Origin: Octopus vulgaris
Lineage: Eukaryota
NCBI GenBank assembly: GCA_951406725.2
Contig: OX597830.1
Span: 13,826,001-13,890,000, forward strand
DNA: 64,000 nt
Direction of reading: 5' to 3'
Shown in pieces: positions 1 through 11,920 of the stretch; the first letter of the stretch is position 1; every line of letters begins with the position of its first letter. The translations under genes and the position numbers were made by a program. A model generated the notes under the pieces. That model was not told the origin of the DNA. It worked only from the letters and a program-made list of their open reading frames with translations, and ran no database searches.

Positions 1-146
1 CATTTTAAGAACGTATATCAAGAAATTGAGAATTCAGGCTGTATTGATATTTCATACGAGAGTCGGACTGAAATGTTAATTTTGTTTTCTGATTTGATTG
101 ATAATGAAGAGAGAATGTGACGTTTTGAAAGATGCTTAAATCTGTT

Positions 147-148
147 TC

Positions 149-201
<53 letters not shown>

Positions 202-236
202 AAGAAAGAAAGTGAAAGAGAGAGAGAGAGAGGAGA
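147..236. repeat. (GA)n microsatellite
   Basis: Direct reading: long, slightly interrupted GA run. Confidence 0.95.
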
Positions 237-404
237 GCCTGTAGGTCCCTTAAAATGAAAGAGCACCCTTGCTTGTAATTCTGAAAATTTCCATTGAATC
301 GTTATTTAATGAGACCCCGAGTCCATCACATGTTTGCTTTTTACTACCATTCTGGGAATTATAGTATTGCGATGTTCGAGCATTAATCTTAACATACAGT
401 AATG

Positions 405-814
405 GGATCTTTTCGGTTTGAACGGCAGTTTTTAACATAATTTCTAGGTAACTAAAAGATTTGAAACTTCGTATACTGGTAGAATGTGTTTATAAAACAT
501 CTTTCTCTCTTGGCTTTATTGAGAAAATTCTATAGTTTGTAAGACATTTGCTGTTTTTTTTCTTCAGTTTCTGCAATTTCAAACAATCAGTGACGTCTAT
601 TCAGGTAAAAAACATTCTGTGCCGTATGAATATGTCCCTCGTTTAAGAAACAGATAGGGTTTATTTACATTTGTGAAGAAAAAAAGATACCCTCCCCCTA
701 CCCCTAACCCTAAAAGAGATTGAAATGCAATAGATCGATTCTAGGGTCATAATTATGGGTGACAATTTCATATGACACCGCTAGAAAAAACTGCCGTTCA
801 AACCGAAAAGTCCC
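405..814. mobile_element. Non-autonomous DNA transposon (MITE), Merlin-like, copy 1
   Basis: TIR GGATCTTTTCGGTTTGAACGGCAGTTTTT ... AAAAACTGCCGTTCAAACCGAAAAGTCCC; 8-bp TSD CAGTAATG (397-404, 815-822); near-identical copy at 21559-21977. GG termini plus 8-bp TSD fit the Merlin superfamily (superfamily call is inference). Confidence 0.85.
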
Positions 815-1052
815 CAGTAATGTAAAGTGTAACTAGTCATGAATATCACGAAGATTGTTGCGTGGATTCGTTTCCTTGAAATAAGCAACTGAAGGATTAT
901 CTTTTCCTGGAAAGGGCATTGACCTATCAATGGCAACATCCCAGATTATCCAATGTTTATTTCCAACAGATAGGGTATGTTTTAGCGTAATTAACCGTAC
1001 TGTCCAAAGTTATGATGAAACAATTTGCGTAAAAGTGAACTGAAGACCTATG

Positions 1053-1395
1053 GATCATCATCATCATTGTTCGACCGTGGTCGAGACAATGGAATTTACT
1101 ATGCTACGCCAGACTTCACAGTCCATCATGGCTTTACGGAGGTCCTGTTGCTGGATGCCTGTATCCCTGGAGATTACATCAGGGTAGGAGAGTGTGCGCC
1201 CTCTGGTATCGCGAGCAGATGGCTTCCAGAGGAGAAGAGTAGAAATTACTTCTTTTTCAGCTCTACAACAATGTCCAGCAAACTGGACTCTCCTACCTTT
1301 CACAAGGGATGACACAGGTGGTAGTTTCCCATATATTTGCATTTTGGTTGGATGGCGCTTCCACGAGAGATTTTGAGCTCTCATATGAGACCTAT
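1053..1395 (-). mobile_element. RTE-type LINE, 3' terminal fragment
   Basis: Translation NLSWKRHPTKMQIYGKLPPVSSLVKGRRVQFAGHCCR...LLWKP...GRTLSYPD...AMMDCEVWRSIV resembles RTE ORF C-termini; ends in a (TGA)n tail at 1053-1067. Confidence 0.8.
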
Positions 1396-1926
1396 GGATA
1401 AGTAGTTCAATATTATGATCACTTCGGTATTTCACTATGAAATATTTATTAGGTGTTCATAGTATGATCTATGGAATATTTTATATGTATATACTTAACT
1501 TTCTTTTGGTTGCTTGCATTTAAACTTCAAACGTTTTCCGGGTTTATTTAAACTTTATGGCTAAAAAGAAAGAAAAGTAAAAGAGGAAATTTCATTATCT
1601 GAATAACCTGAATAATTTATTTTCTTTCCAAATAATAAAATAAACAATAAATAAATAAATAAACAAGCAAGCAATATTTTGGTGATAGTTTATTATTACC
1701 ATTTTCTTGCATTCCTATATACATATACTGACTATTTAGTCAAGAGATTTAGTTAAACTTATTATGAAGTATTATAAAAGTATTATGCAGTATAACGCCA
1801 TTAGCAAGCCTTGTAGAGTATGCTGTTTAACTTTGGCGTGCTGAGTCTACGACTTATTTTCCCTTCCCACATGTAAGTTTTTCACTAATACTTTTGTGAA
1901 AGATATGGAGGAGATACACATTCTTA

Positions 1927-2067
1927 TTAGGTTGTCCCAAAAGTTCGTAAACACTTGCGAAAATTGAATTTTTACTCGCCAAGTACTAACAAAAACAACA
2001 AAAATTATTCCTCAAAATAAAGACCATTATTTTCCAAGACTTTCTACGAACTTTTGGGACAACCTTA
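1927..2067. mobile_element. Tc1/mariner-type MITE (141 bp)
   Basis: 23-bp TIR TTAGGTTGTCCCAAAAGTTCGTA / TACGAACTTTTGGGACAACCTTA, flanked by TA on both sides. Confidence 0.85.
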
Positions 2068-2394
2068 TATAATACAAACGCTGAAATAGATGTTTTTACC
2101 TTATAATCGGCACCTCCGATGTAGATAAGCCTAATGACATTTTTGTATCCCTGTGGCGGATAAATGAGTAACTAAACGTCGTCCTTTTTTTACTGTTTGT
2201 TTTTAATTACGAATACAGCTGTATGTATTTATGAACGTTTAAAACTATCTGCTGAAATAGCTATATTGTGCCTTGTTATTTACGGGTATTTGGTTAACTG
2301 TGAGAAGAAGAGAGAAAACTTAAGAATTCCTCGAAAATGCCATTACATATATATTAGAGTTATGCGGTCACTGCGTTAATAATATGAATATCTG

Positions 2395-2540
2395 GACTTT
2401 ACATTCTGAGTTCAAATTCCGCCGAGGTTGACTTTGCCTTTCATCCTTTCGGGGTCGATAAATTAGGTACCTGGGGTGGATGTAATCGACTTACACCCCA
2501 CCCTGAAATTTGCTGGTCTTGTGCCAAAACTTGAAACCAA
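2395..2540 (+). mobile_element. SINE family A (tRNA head, Meta-like central domain), partial
   Basis: B-box GAGTTCAAATTCC followed by GCCTTTCATCCTTTCGGGGTCGATAAATTAGGTACC, shared with more than 12 copies in the window. Confidence 0.8.
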
Positions 2541-3487
2541 AATGTATGTCCGGTTACATTTAAAAGATGTTTGGATTAATATTTTTAAAACATGGAATCA
2601 TTGTATTGGACACATGCTGTAATTTTTCTGTAAAGAAATTGGCTAAAATTACGTTTCTATTTCAAAATAATCTCAGTGTGTCTGATTTAACAAGATTTCC
2701 ATAATATTACAGTAGAATATAACCAGATAACATTAAAAATATACATTAAAAGATTCGAGAAAATTAGAGGAAAATTTCTAATTTTTATTCAGATCTAAAG
2801 GTCCTTAAATGTCATTGAAATTAAAAAAAAAAATAAATACAAGTCCCAAGATGATTGATGACAAAATCACCGATTGTTAAAAACCATCATGTTACCTTCA
2901 GCTTGTTTGAAGAACATACTTCAATTAATTCCGATCATTAAAAAAAAATAGTTAGAAAAGCGTTATTTTCCCATTAAACTCGCAAGCCGTATGTAAATAG
3001 TTAATATTTAATGAAAATTATTGATAGCTGGCTATCTATTTTTTTTTATTTAACTTTTTTTTTCTTCATATGAGATCATCTGGAATATATCAAATATACT
3101 CGCAAACCAATAGTAAATGAAAACGAACATTCTTTTTCCCTTTTCTCAATTAAAAGCTTTGAATACATTTGGTGAAGTGTTTCGATAGAGTAAGAAACTA
3201 CTAGGAGACGGTGGTTAATGGAAAATTATTGTTTAGAGATGTTTATAGCACTTATATTTGCCATAATTAGGAATGCACGGTGTAATTTTGTAAGAAACCA
3301 ATTATAACAACTAGCAATGTCACTCATTGATATCTTATATAGTGTAGCATCTAAAAATTGTCTACACTTTTGGAGAATGGAATCTTTTAAAAGACAATAC
3401 TTAGAACTGAGGCTAATATTCATTACACATACATTACTGTTGTTTTGCACACATTGTCCACATGTGTATGAGCTTACACAAACCATA

Positions 3488-3760
3488 ATATATATATATA
3501 TATATATATATACATACATATATATATGTATGTATGTAAATATATATATATATATATATATATGTGTGTATATATATATATATGTATGTATATATATATA
3601 TACACACACACACATATATATATACATATATATATACATACATATATATGTATATATATATATATTTATATATAATACATACATGCATACATATTTCTCT
3701 CTTATCTTTCTCCCTCTCTCTACACACATAAATAAATGTATGTGTGTATATATGTGTATG

Positions 3761-3808
<48 letters not shown>
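3488..3808. repeat. Compound (TA)n/(CA)n/(TG)n microsatellite
   Basis: Direct reading. Confidence 0.95.
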
Positions 3809-3810
<2 letters not shown>

Positions 3811-4182
3811 CACGAAGGGGTGTGTACATTTATATTTAATCAAAACAAAGGGAATATGTATCGAATTGAATTCATTGAATGCATGAATTAGACTCAACTT
3901 CAGAATTTAAAGTGCAATTTCAAAATTCATTTGTTGGGAAATATAAACGGTTTATTTTTAAAACATTGGACCGTGCGTAAGGTTTAAATATTAATATGTA
4001 CACATGTATACAATACGTGTACGCACACACACACACACACAGCCACAAGCACACATAATGATCCCAACGTCTAAACATGAAGCTATATTAGTTTATTTTT
4101 CGTTATGATATTATTTAGGCGAATCAAGCGTTAACAAATTCTTTTATTTATATCTGGGAAGCGCTAGGAATGTTTCTGTTAC

Positions 4183-4264
<82 letters not shown>

Positions 4265-4379
4265 CATCAATTCACCTTTTAGTTTTACGCTTCTCCGTGA
4301 ATAAAATATTTTTATAGATCCTCGCCGTCAATTTTTGACAAAGATTCTCTGAATATTTCAAGCAAATATTGACTTCAAA

Positions 4380-4710
4380 TTTTGGCACAAGGCCAGCAGT
4401 TTCGGGGCTGGGTGAAGTTCGATTATATCGACCCGAGTGTTCAACTGGTACTTAATTTATTGAGTGCGGGAGGATGAAATACAAAGTCGACCAAAACGGT
4501 ATTTGAACTGAAAGCATAATGACGGGTGAAATACCTATTTCTTTACTACCCACAAGGGGCTAAACACAGAGAGGACAAAGAAGGACAGACAAACGGATTA
4601 AGTCGATTATATCGACCCCAGTGCGTAACTGTTACTTATTTAATCGACCCTGAAAGGATGAAAGGCAAAGTCGACCTCGGCGGAATTTGAACTTAGGACG
4701 TAGCGGCACA
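4380..4710 (-). mobile_element. SINE family A, two joined partial copies
   Basis: Two copies of the central domain joined at GAAATAC/CTATTTC (~4528-4540). Confidence 0.8.
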
Positions 4711-4712
4711 TC

Positions 4713-4729
4713 GTATATATGTATGTATG

Positions 4730-4812
<83 letters not shown>

Positions 4813-4813
4813 G

Positions 4814-4847
<34 letters not shown>

Positions 4848-5066
4848 TGTATGTATGTATGTATGTATGTGTGTGTGTGTTTGTGTGTTTGTGTTTGTTC
4901 CCCCAACATCGCTTGTGTTCACGTCCCCGTAACTTAGCGTTTTGGCAAAAGACACCGATAGAATAAGTACTAGGCTTACAAAGAATAAGTCCTGGGGTCG
5001 ATTTGCTCGTCTAAAGGCGATGCTCCAGCATGGTCACAGTCTGAAACAAGTAAAAGGGTAAAAGAG
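4713..5066 (+). mobile_element. SINE family B 3' half with expanded internal (TA)/(TATG) tract
   Basis: Matches the 3' half of the full copy at 20295-20707 (TGTTTG..CCCC...GATAGAATAAGTACTAGGCTTACAAAGAATAAGTCC...CTGAAACAAGTAAAAG). Confidence 0.8.
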
Positions 5067-5605
5067 TATATCTTTTGAACTGTCGAATTTCCTTCTAGTT
5101 TTCAATCCTGAGTAACTTAACAAGTTTCATATGCATCAAGTTAGGTTATCCTTGAACTGTTCATGCAATATCAATAATGGTCAGGCTGGTAAAATATCCA
5201 TTATTGTTTGACCCATGAAAATTGTTTTCCTATTACATAATAAATGGAAAGGTGAGAGCGCAGACGTCTTATCAATTGTCAAATGAGAAGAAATATAAGG
5301 GTGAAAGTTCGCATCTGTGATTAAAACAGTGTTCTATCGAAGCTAATTGGCTTACATTTAACAACTACGCTCTAGCTTTAGGTTGGCTCCAATGGAAATT
5401 GGCGGTACAGAATGGGAAATTTTCACGCTATAAAAAGTTATGAATGTTTCTTTAACAGCCATGCATGTGCGTGCGTGCAAGTGCGTGTGTGAGTGTGTGT
5501 GTTTGCGCATGTATGTGTGCTTATGTGCCTGTATATGTGTGACTATGTATGTGTAAATGTGTGTATGTGTCTGTGTGTGTGTATATGTATATATATATAT
5601 ATATA

Positions 5606-5790
5606 GGTGCAGGAGTGTCTGTGTGGTAAGTAGCTTGCTAACCAACCACATGGTGCCGGGTTCAGTCCCACTGCGTGACATCTTGGGCAAGTGTCTTCTG
5701 CTATATCCCCGGGCCGACCAATGCCTTGTGAGTGGATTTGGTAGACGGAAACTGAAAGAAGCCTGTCGTATATATGTATTTATATATATA
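5606..5790 (+). mobile_element. SINE family B 5' half (tRNA-like head, CORE-like motif)
   Basis: GG(T)GCAGGAGTG..TGTGTGGTAAG...GGTTCAGTCCC...CTTGGGCAAGTGTCTT; matches other family B copies. Confidence 0.8.
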
Positions 5791-6277
5791 TATCCTTTAT
5801 TTGATTCATTGGACGGCGGTCATATTGGAGCACTGCAGTGAAAGGTACTGGGACTTATTCCATCGATATCTTTTTCTCCTTTCTTAGTCCCTCTTTACTT
5901 TTTCGACCAAATGCTTTCTTTCTCCTTCCTTCTCGAAATGCTTATAAAATATTTTGCAATCTACTCAACTCTAGACGTTAGTTCTCTGTAGAATAATGCA
6001 ATAAAATGCTCCCTGACGATCTGCCGTTGTTAAGCATCCTCTGGGGACATACAACGCAGAACTCCAAACAATTACAATAGTGAAACATGCGTGTATTGAA
6101 ATGTCTCGTATAGTATCTGAAGTGTTGTTAACCGTCTTGTTATCTAATATCCAGTGCGAAACCAATAGGTAAAATCGACTGAAATGGATCTACAATACTG
6201 TATACACTAATTAATACACCCACTGTATTAACACATAGATACGAGGCATATTTTTCTGACTTATAGATTCTTAAACA

Positions 6278-6331
<54 letters not shown>

Positions 6332-6332
<1 letters not shown>

Positions 6333-6563
6333 TATTGTGTCTGAGGAGAGTCATTTTCTTTTTGTGACTTATTATGTAATACACTCACAGGTAAAATTTT
6401 CACGTTTTTCTTATTTTTATTATCCTAAAGTTTTCGTTGGAAATTTTACCGGTGAGTGTGTTACATAATAAGGCACAAAAAGAAAATGACTCTCCCCAGA
6501 CACAATAGAATATGCTTCAACACACGAACTCATATAAAGAATCTTGCAAACCAAATCCAAACA

Positions 6564-6565
<2 letters not shown>
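6332..6565. repeat. Dispersed repeat with ~70-bp inverted duplication, between (TA)n tracts
   Basis: Arms 6332-6401 and 6439-6508 are reverse complements; the same family recurs without the inversion at ~22725-22905. Confidence 0.8.
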
Positions 6566-6601
<36 letters not shown>

Positions 6602-6698
6602 CGGGAAGCTTTATGAAAATAAACAAAAGACGAAGGCAGGTAGAAAACAAACGAACAACTGTATTAGTATGGCGCTCAGGAAATATAAATAAAACAAG

Positions 6699-6736
6699 TC
6701 TTTAACGTTTCGAGCCTACGCTCTTCAACAGAAAGA
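6699..6736 (-). ncRNA. Minimal type-I hammerhead-like fold (core CUGUUGA) within a ~170-bp repeat (6600-6767)
   Basis: Minus strand: UCUUU CUGUUGA A GAGC GUAG GCUC GAAA CGUU AAAGA; stems I and II pair perfectly; core differs from CUGANGA at A6. Confidence 0.6.
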
Positions 6737-6765
6737 TACACAGAGAGAGAAAAACACAGAAAGAA

Positions 6766-6815
<50 letters not shown>

Positions 6816-6987
6816 TATATTAAATTATTAGAGATAAAACCACTATTAGGCAAATCAAACAGTGAAAAACATAAGCCAATACATAAACTTAATTTAAAAA
6901 TATAAAAGTTAAAAATAAAAAATTATTTAGATAATTTAAACTTATAAATTTTATATATATATACAAATATATATATGTATGTATGTA

Positions 6988-7056
<69 letters not shown>

Positions 7057-7614
7057 CTTCAAAGCTTCGGCCAGCTAAGCTATCGTTGGCCAGTCTGAAG
7101 ATGGCTTAGATGTCAACAATAAGAATAATATGAAGGATAAAATTGTACTCTACAAAAGTATAGAGTAACCCATCGGATTAATGTTAAAATTATTTTCATT
7201 ACAACTGAACGTAAACATTAATATAAAGTTATGTAATATATATTATTTTGTAATATAACACAATATGATACACATACACACACGCGCACCCAGACACACA
7301 CACAAACACACACACATGCATGTATGAGAAATTAAAATAAATAAGTTTATATTGTCAGTTTGTATGCATCGTATGTTTCACTGTAAGGATTTCATGGGAC
7401 ATTAGTTCTCTGTAATTCGATTTAATAGAATGATCCCTGGCGATTCATTTTAGGCTGTCATCCATATTCACTTTCAATACTCGGCGCAGGTTTCCAAGCA
7501 ACCAGGATGGTGATGTGCACGTATGTATTAAAGATATTAACTTGTGTTTATATTTAGTTCGCTTATATGACTAAGTGTAGTTGTTACTCATCCGCTATAA
7601 CGAAAGTTGGCAAA

Positions 7615-8597
7615 TAGAAGAAGAGCAAACCTCCGACAAGGTAACATCAAATCCTCTCAGCGATCAACCGATCAATATGATTTTTAAAATGAGTAAAAAT
7701 TAGGTAAAAAAAAAACGTAAAAATAATCCAGAATCCTTGTCCGGTACCTGATCGATCCCAATGGTTGACATGGAATGTAAAGGCAGGTGTGCAGGCCATG
7801 TCTGTAATGCTGTGTGCGAGTCGTCTGCAGTGGGAACAGGGACAGTTTTCTCTATAAATGCCTTTCTTTAGTCTATCTACTGATGTAATGTCTTTACGAC
7901 CATTAAGGTCTATAGTCAAAAATTTATGCGTGCATGAAAGAAAACGGAAAGGACCTGCAGACGGCGCTGTTAACGGAGGTTTAAACAACATCGTTGCGCA
8001 CAAAAAGATGAGTCCAAGAAGTAAAGCTACCTTCAAGGCAGAGCTAGAAATGAAATTTTCAAGTAGGTAAGCGGATTTAAACGAGGTATATATTCAAAAT
8101 TGGTGAAACTAAAAATTGTCGAACATAAATTAAATTTATTATTGTTACTGAATATGTTAGTGTTATTTAATTTCTAAACGGTTTCGCTACCGTTTGTTTA
8201 TGTAGTTTGATTTCTTTATCCATCAATTTCTACTAAGACAGGGACACGAGTAAAATTGATAATAGAGAAACGAAAATAAAAGTTTAAAAACAGCAACGCC
8301 ACTATAGCTTACGTGGAAACCACGAGCGTGCTTTCAGAGGAGATAATCAGAGAAAGACTTGAAAGTGAACGTAAGATTGTAATACTTCATGTAAAGTAAA
8401 TATGACAAATAATCCAGAATCCTTGTCCGATACCAGATCGATCTCAATATCTAATCAGTTTGTGCCAGTTATGAGGCCAAACATCACTGAAAGTTTCATC
8501 TGAATCCACCTAGCGGTTCTGAGATATCTTGTCCATAGACAAACATACAAACACAACTGAAAACAATACCTCCGCTTTCGCTAAGGCGGAGGTAATA
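7615..8597 (+). mobile_element. Probable Helentron-associated (HINE/DINE-like) non-autonomous element
   Basis: 5' ACCTCCG.CAAGG (7629-7641), 3' stem-loop TACCTCCGC...GGCGGAGGTA (8567-8594), and a duplicated core AATAATCCAGAATCCTTGTCCG.TACC.GATCGATC at ~7722 and ~8408. Family call is from recalled architecture. Confidence 0.55.
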
Positions 8598-8656
8598 ATC
8601 TAGGTGGAGCACTAAACATAACAGAAGCGGTCGTATATCTATTTGTTCATACAAAA

Positions 8657-9033
<377 letters not shown>

Positions 9034-9049
9034 GGTCGGTTTGTTTGTC

Positions 9050-9480
9050 TACAGACACGGATCAAGAAATACCGAACCGCGATGCAGTCAGAACGACTAA
9101 ACCGTTCTGCTATCAGGACGAGTCCGGTTGTCAGCCGAGTTTATCGTGAATATGCGCTGCCAGCAAGGCAGTTTTCATCGTACAAGTGACTATGGCGAAA
9201 GAATGTGTAGGATGGACCCGCTTGAAAGGCTTAGAGACAAATACTTTCCTCTCTGGCCAACCTCTCATTAACTTTTTCAAGTATTACTTGAAAAGGAAGG
9301 TGAAAGTAGAAAGGGAAGTTTTGTCTTATGAAAATTTTGATAAAAGATGGGTGAATGTAGCAATGATACTTTGAGCATGAACCTATAGAACAAAAAGAGA
9401 AAAGGCGCTTTGCTCTCATGGTCTTTTCCGAAGTTACCGTGGTTTTTCGTAGGTTATTCCATGTTTATCCACTTGACCGG
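9050..9480 (+). mobile_element. L1/Tx1-like LINE ORF2 3' end, decayed
   Basis: PRCSQND.TVL zinc-knuckle remnant followed by AKECV.WTRLKGL...LINFFKYYLKRKVKVEREVLSYENFDKRWVNVA, resembling Tx1-type ORF2 C-termini. Confidence 0.6.
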
Positions 9481-9500
9481 TTTCACTGTTTTAGAAAAAG

Positions 9501-10908
9501 ATTGTCAAAAGTAAAATGTAAAGCTCTGTATGAGCTTTGTTATATTAAGTACTGGTTGTCACAAATTATTACAATACATATATACATTCTTTGATAATAA
9601 TAAGAAAATGTTAAAAACAGTTTACAAGCAAATATCTGAGAAAATATTAAACAAAAAGATCAATAAAAATATTAGGAGTTCAATAAAAATCATGTTTGGT
9701 TGTATGTATATACACAGAAGGAGATATATTTAGTTTACAAAGAATTTGAGATGAACTGACCTGTTTTAGTATTTTTTATTTTGTGTGAAGCTAAGGGTCG
9801 TTTGCTATTTTAAGGGACAGTGTGGGATGTTGGTTGGGGGGAGGAGATAAATGTGGAATTGAAAGGATTTTTTTGTTTCTGGGCTAGTCTGTCATGGTTC
9901 AGTGGTTTTGGGGACTGGTCTGAGCGGTCAGAATGATGTGAGTGTGTGTATGTCTGTGTACGTCTGTGTGTGTGTATATACATGTGTTTGTGTTTGTGTG
10001 TGTGAACCGTTTTTGATTGGTCCCAGAGTTCATTCTGGTGTGTGTAAATGTGTGTGTGTGTGTGTTTTATATTTGGTAGGATGGTGTGTGTATATGTGTG
10101 CACGTTTGTGTGTGTGTATGTTTGTGATTTATATTTGTTAGGGTGTTGTGTGTGCGCATGTGTGTTTATGTGTTTGTTCTCGTGTGTGTATGTGTGCGCC
10201 TGTGGGTGCGTGTGTATGCTTGTGTGTTTTTTGTGTTGGTGGGGATGTTATGTGTGTGTACGTGAGTGTGTGTACATGAGTGTGTGTGCACATGAGTGTG
10301 TGTGTGTCTCTTTCTGAGTATGTTTGTGTTGTTATGATTGTCCTGGTGTTGTGTGTGTGTCTGTGTGTGATTGGTATTTGTCAGGGTGTTGTGTGTGCGC
10401 ATGTGTGTGTATGTGTGTTGGCTTGCGTGTGTGTATGTGCGCGTCTATGTGTGCGCGTCTGTATGTTTGTTTGTTTTTTGTGTTGGTGGGGATGTTATGT
10501 ATGTGTGCGTGAGTGTGTAAGTTGTGTCTGTCTGAGTCTATGTTTTAATTGTCCTTGTGGTGTGTGTGTGTATGTGTAGGTCAGTTCATCTCAAATTCTT
10601 TGTAAACTCCTAAATATATTTCCTTCTGTGTATATACATACGACCAAACATGATTTTTATTGAACTCCTAATACTTTTCTGTGTGTGCATATAGATACTT
10701 CCAAACAAACATGATTTTTATTGAACTTTTTAATATTTTCTCAGATATTTCCTAGTGAACTGTTTTTGAAATTTTTATTATTATTATCAGAGAATGTATA
10801 TATATATATTTTAATACTTTTGTGACAACCAGTACGTAACACAACAAAGCTTATACAAAGCTTTACATTTTATTTTTGACAAAATTTTTACATTTTATTT
10901 TTGACAAT
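9501..10908. mobile_element. Fold-back-like element: ~260-bp inverted arms around a GT-rich core
   Basis: 9501-9762 is the reverse complement of 10578-10882 (with indels; terminal ~22 bp duplicated to 10908); interior has a ~243-bp degenerate tandem duplication. Confidence 0.8.
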
Positions 10909-10972
10909 GTAAGGATAAACATCCTTAAAATTGCATTTTCAAACTTTTTCTCTCCTTGTTTTTTCTGTGTCC

Positions 10973-11008
10973 CTTTCTGTAGAAGAGCGTAGGCTCGAAA
11001 CGTAAAAG
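10973..11008 (+). ncRNA. Minimal type-I hammerhead-like fold (core CUGUAGA) within a repeat (10940-11100)
   Basis: CUUU CUGUAGA A GAGC GUAG GCUC GAAA CGUA AAAG; same family as 6600-6767; 3' end abuts (TA)n at 11101. Confidence 0.6.
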
Positions 11009-11097
11009 ACTTTTTCTGTTCCTGAGCGTTATACTAATACATTTGTTTGTTTTGTACATCACCTGTCTTCGTCTTTTTTTTATTTTTCGTAAACTCT

Positions 11098-11190
<93 letters not shown>

Positions 11191-11272
11191 CATATATTCA
11201 AATGCTGTTACAAAGCGCATAATATATACTCTGATAGGAGCTGCAATCGCTCTGTACACCGAACCGAAAATT

Positions 11273-11324
11273 CCTGAGACTGATCGTCCAGTTTCGGCTA
11301 TTTCCGTAGCCATCTCCTGTAAGG
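11273..11324 (-). ncRNA. Decayed type-I hammerhead ribozyme
   Basis: Minus strand: CCUUA CAGGAGA U GGCUA CGGAAA UAGCC GAA ACUG GACGAU CAGU C UCAGG; stems II and III are perfect, GUC triplet present, core has two substitutions. Confidence 0.6.
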
Positions 11325-11459
11325 TTAGCTCATTCAGTTGATTCCGGACTAGCTCACCTATCAGAGTATATATATTCACTATAGAAATCTGTGAATGATT
11401 TAGCACATCGTTAATGTGTATAGAAAAAAAAATTAATAAAAACAGCTGTTTGCAACGTT

Positions 11460-11920
11460 ATACCTATTTTTTACTACCCACAAGGGTCTAAACACAGAGG
11501 GGACAAACGGATTCAGTCGATTACATCGACCCCAGTGCGTAACTGGTACTTAATTTATCGACACCCAAAGGATGAAAGGCAAAGTCGACCTCGGCGGAAT
11601 TTGAACTCAGAACGTAACGACAGATGAAATACGGCTACGCATTTCGCCCGGCGTGCTAACGTTTCTGCCAGCTCGCCGCCTTGTTATACCTATTTCTTTA
11701 TTACCCACAAGGGGCTAAACACAGAGGGGAAAAACAAGGACAGACATAGGTATTAAGTCGATTACATCGACCCCAGTGCGTAACTGGTACTTAATTTATC
11801 GACCCCGAAAGGATGAAAGGCAAAGTCGACCTCGGCAGAATTTGAACTCACAACGTAACGCAGACGAAATACCGCTAAGCATTTCGCCCGGCGTGCTAAC
11901 GTTCCTGCCAGCTCGCAACC
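11460..11920 (-). mobile_element. SINE family A, two full-length copies in tandem
   Basis: Each has the head GGCG.CGAGCTGGCAG.AACGTTAGCACGCCGGGCG and tail ...GTGGGTA.TAAA.AAATAGG; GTTATACC occurs before, between and after the copies. Confidence 0.9.

Noticed and set aside
693-712. Telomeric repeat
   Set aside because: Only about two units and internal to a MITE.
6341-6380. CUGAGGA followed by a hairpin as a hammerhead
   Set aside because: No GAAA after the stem, and the other copies read CUGGGGA.
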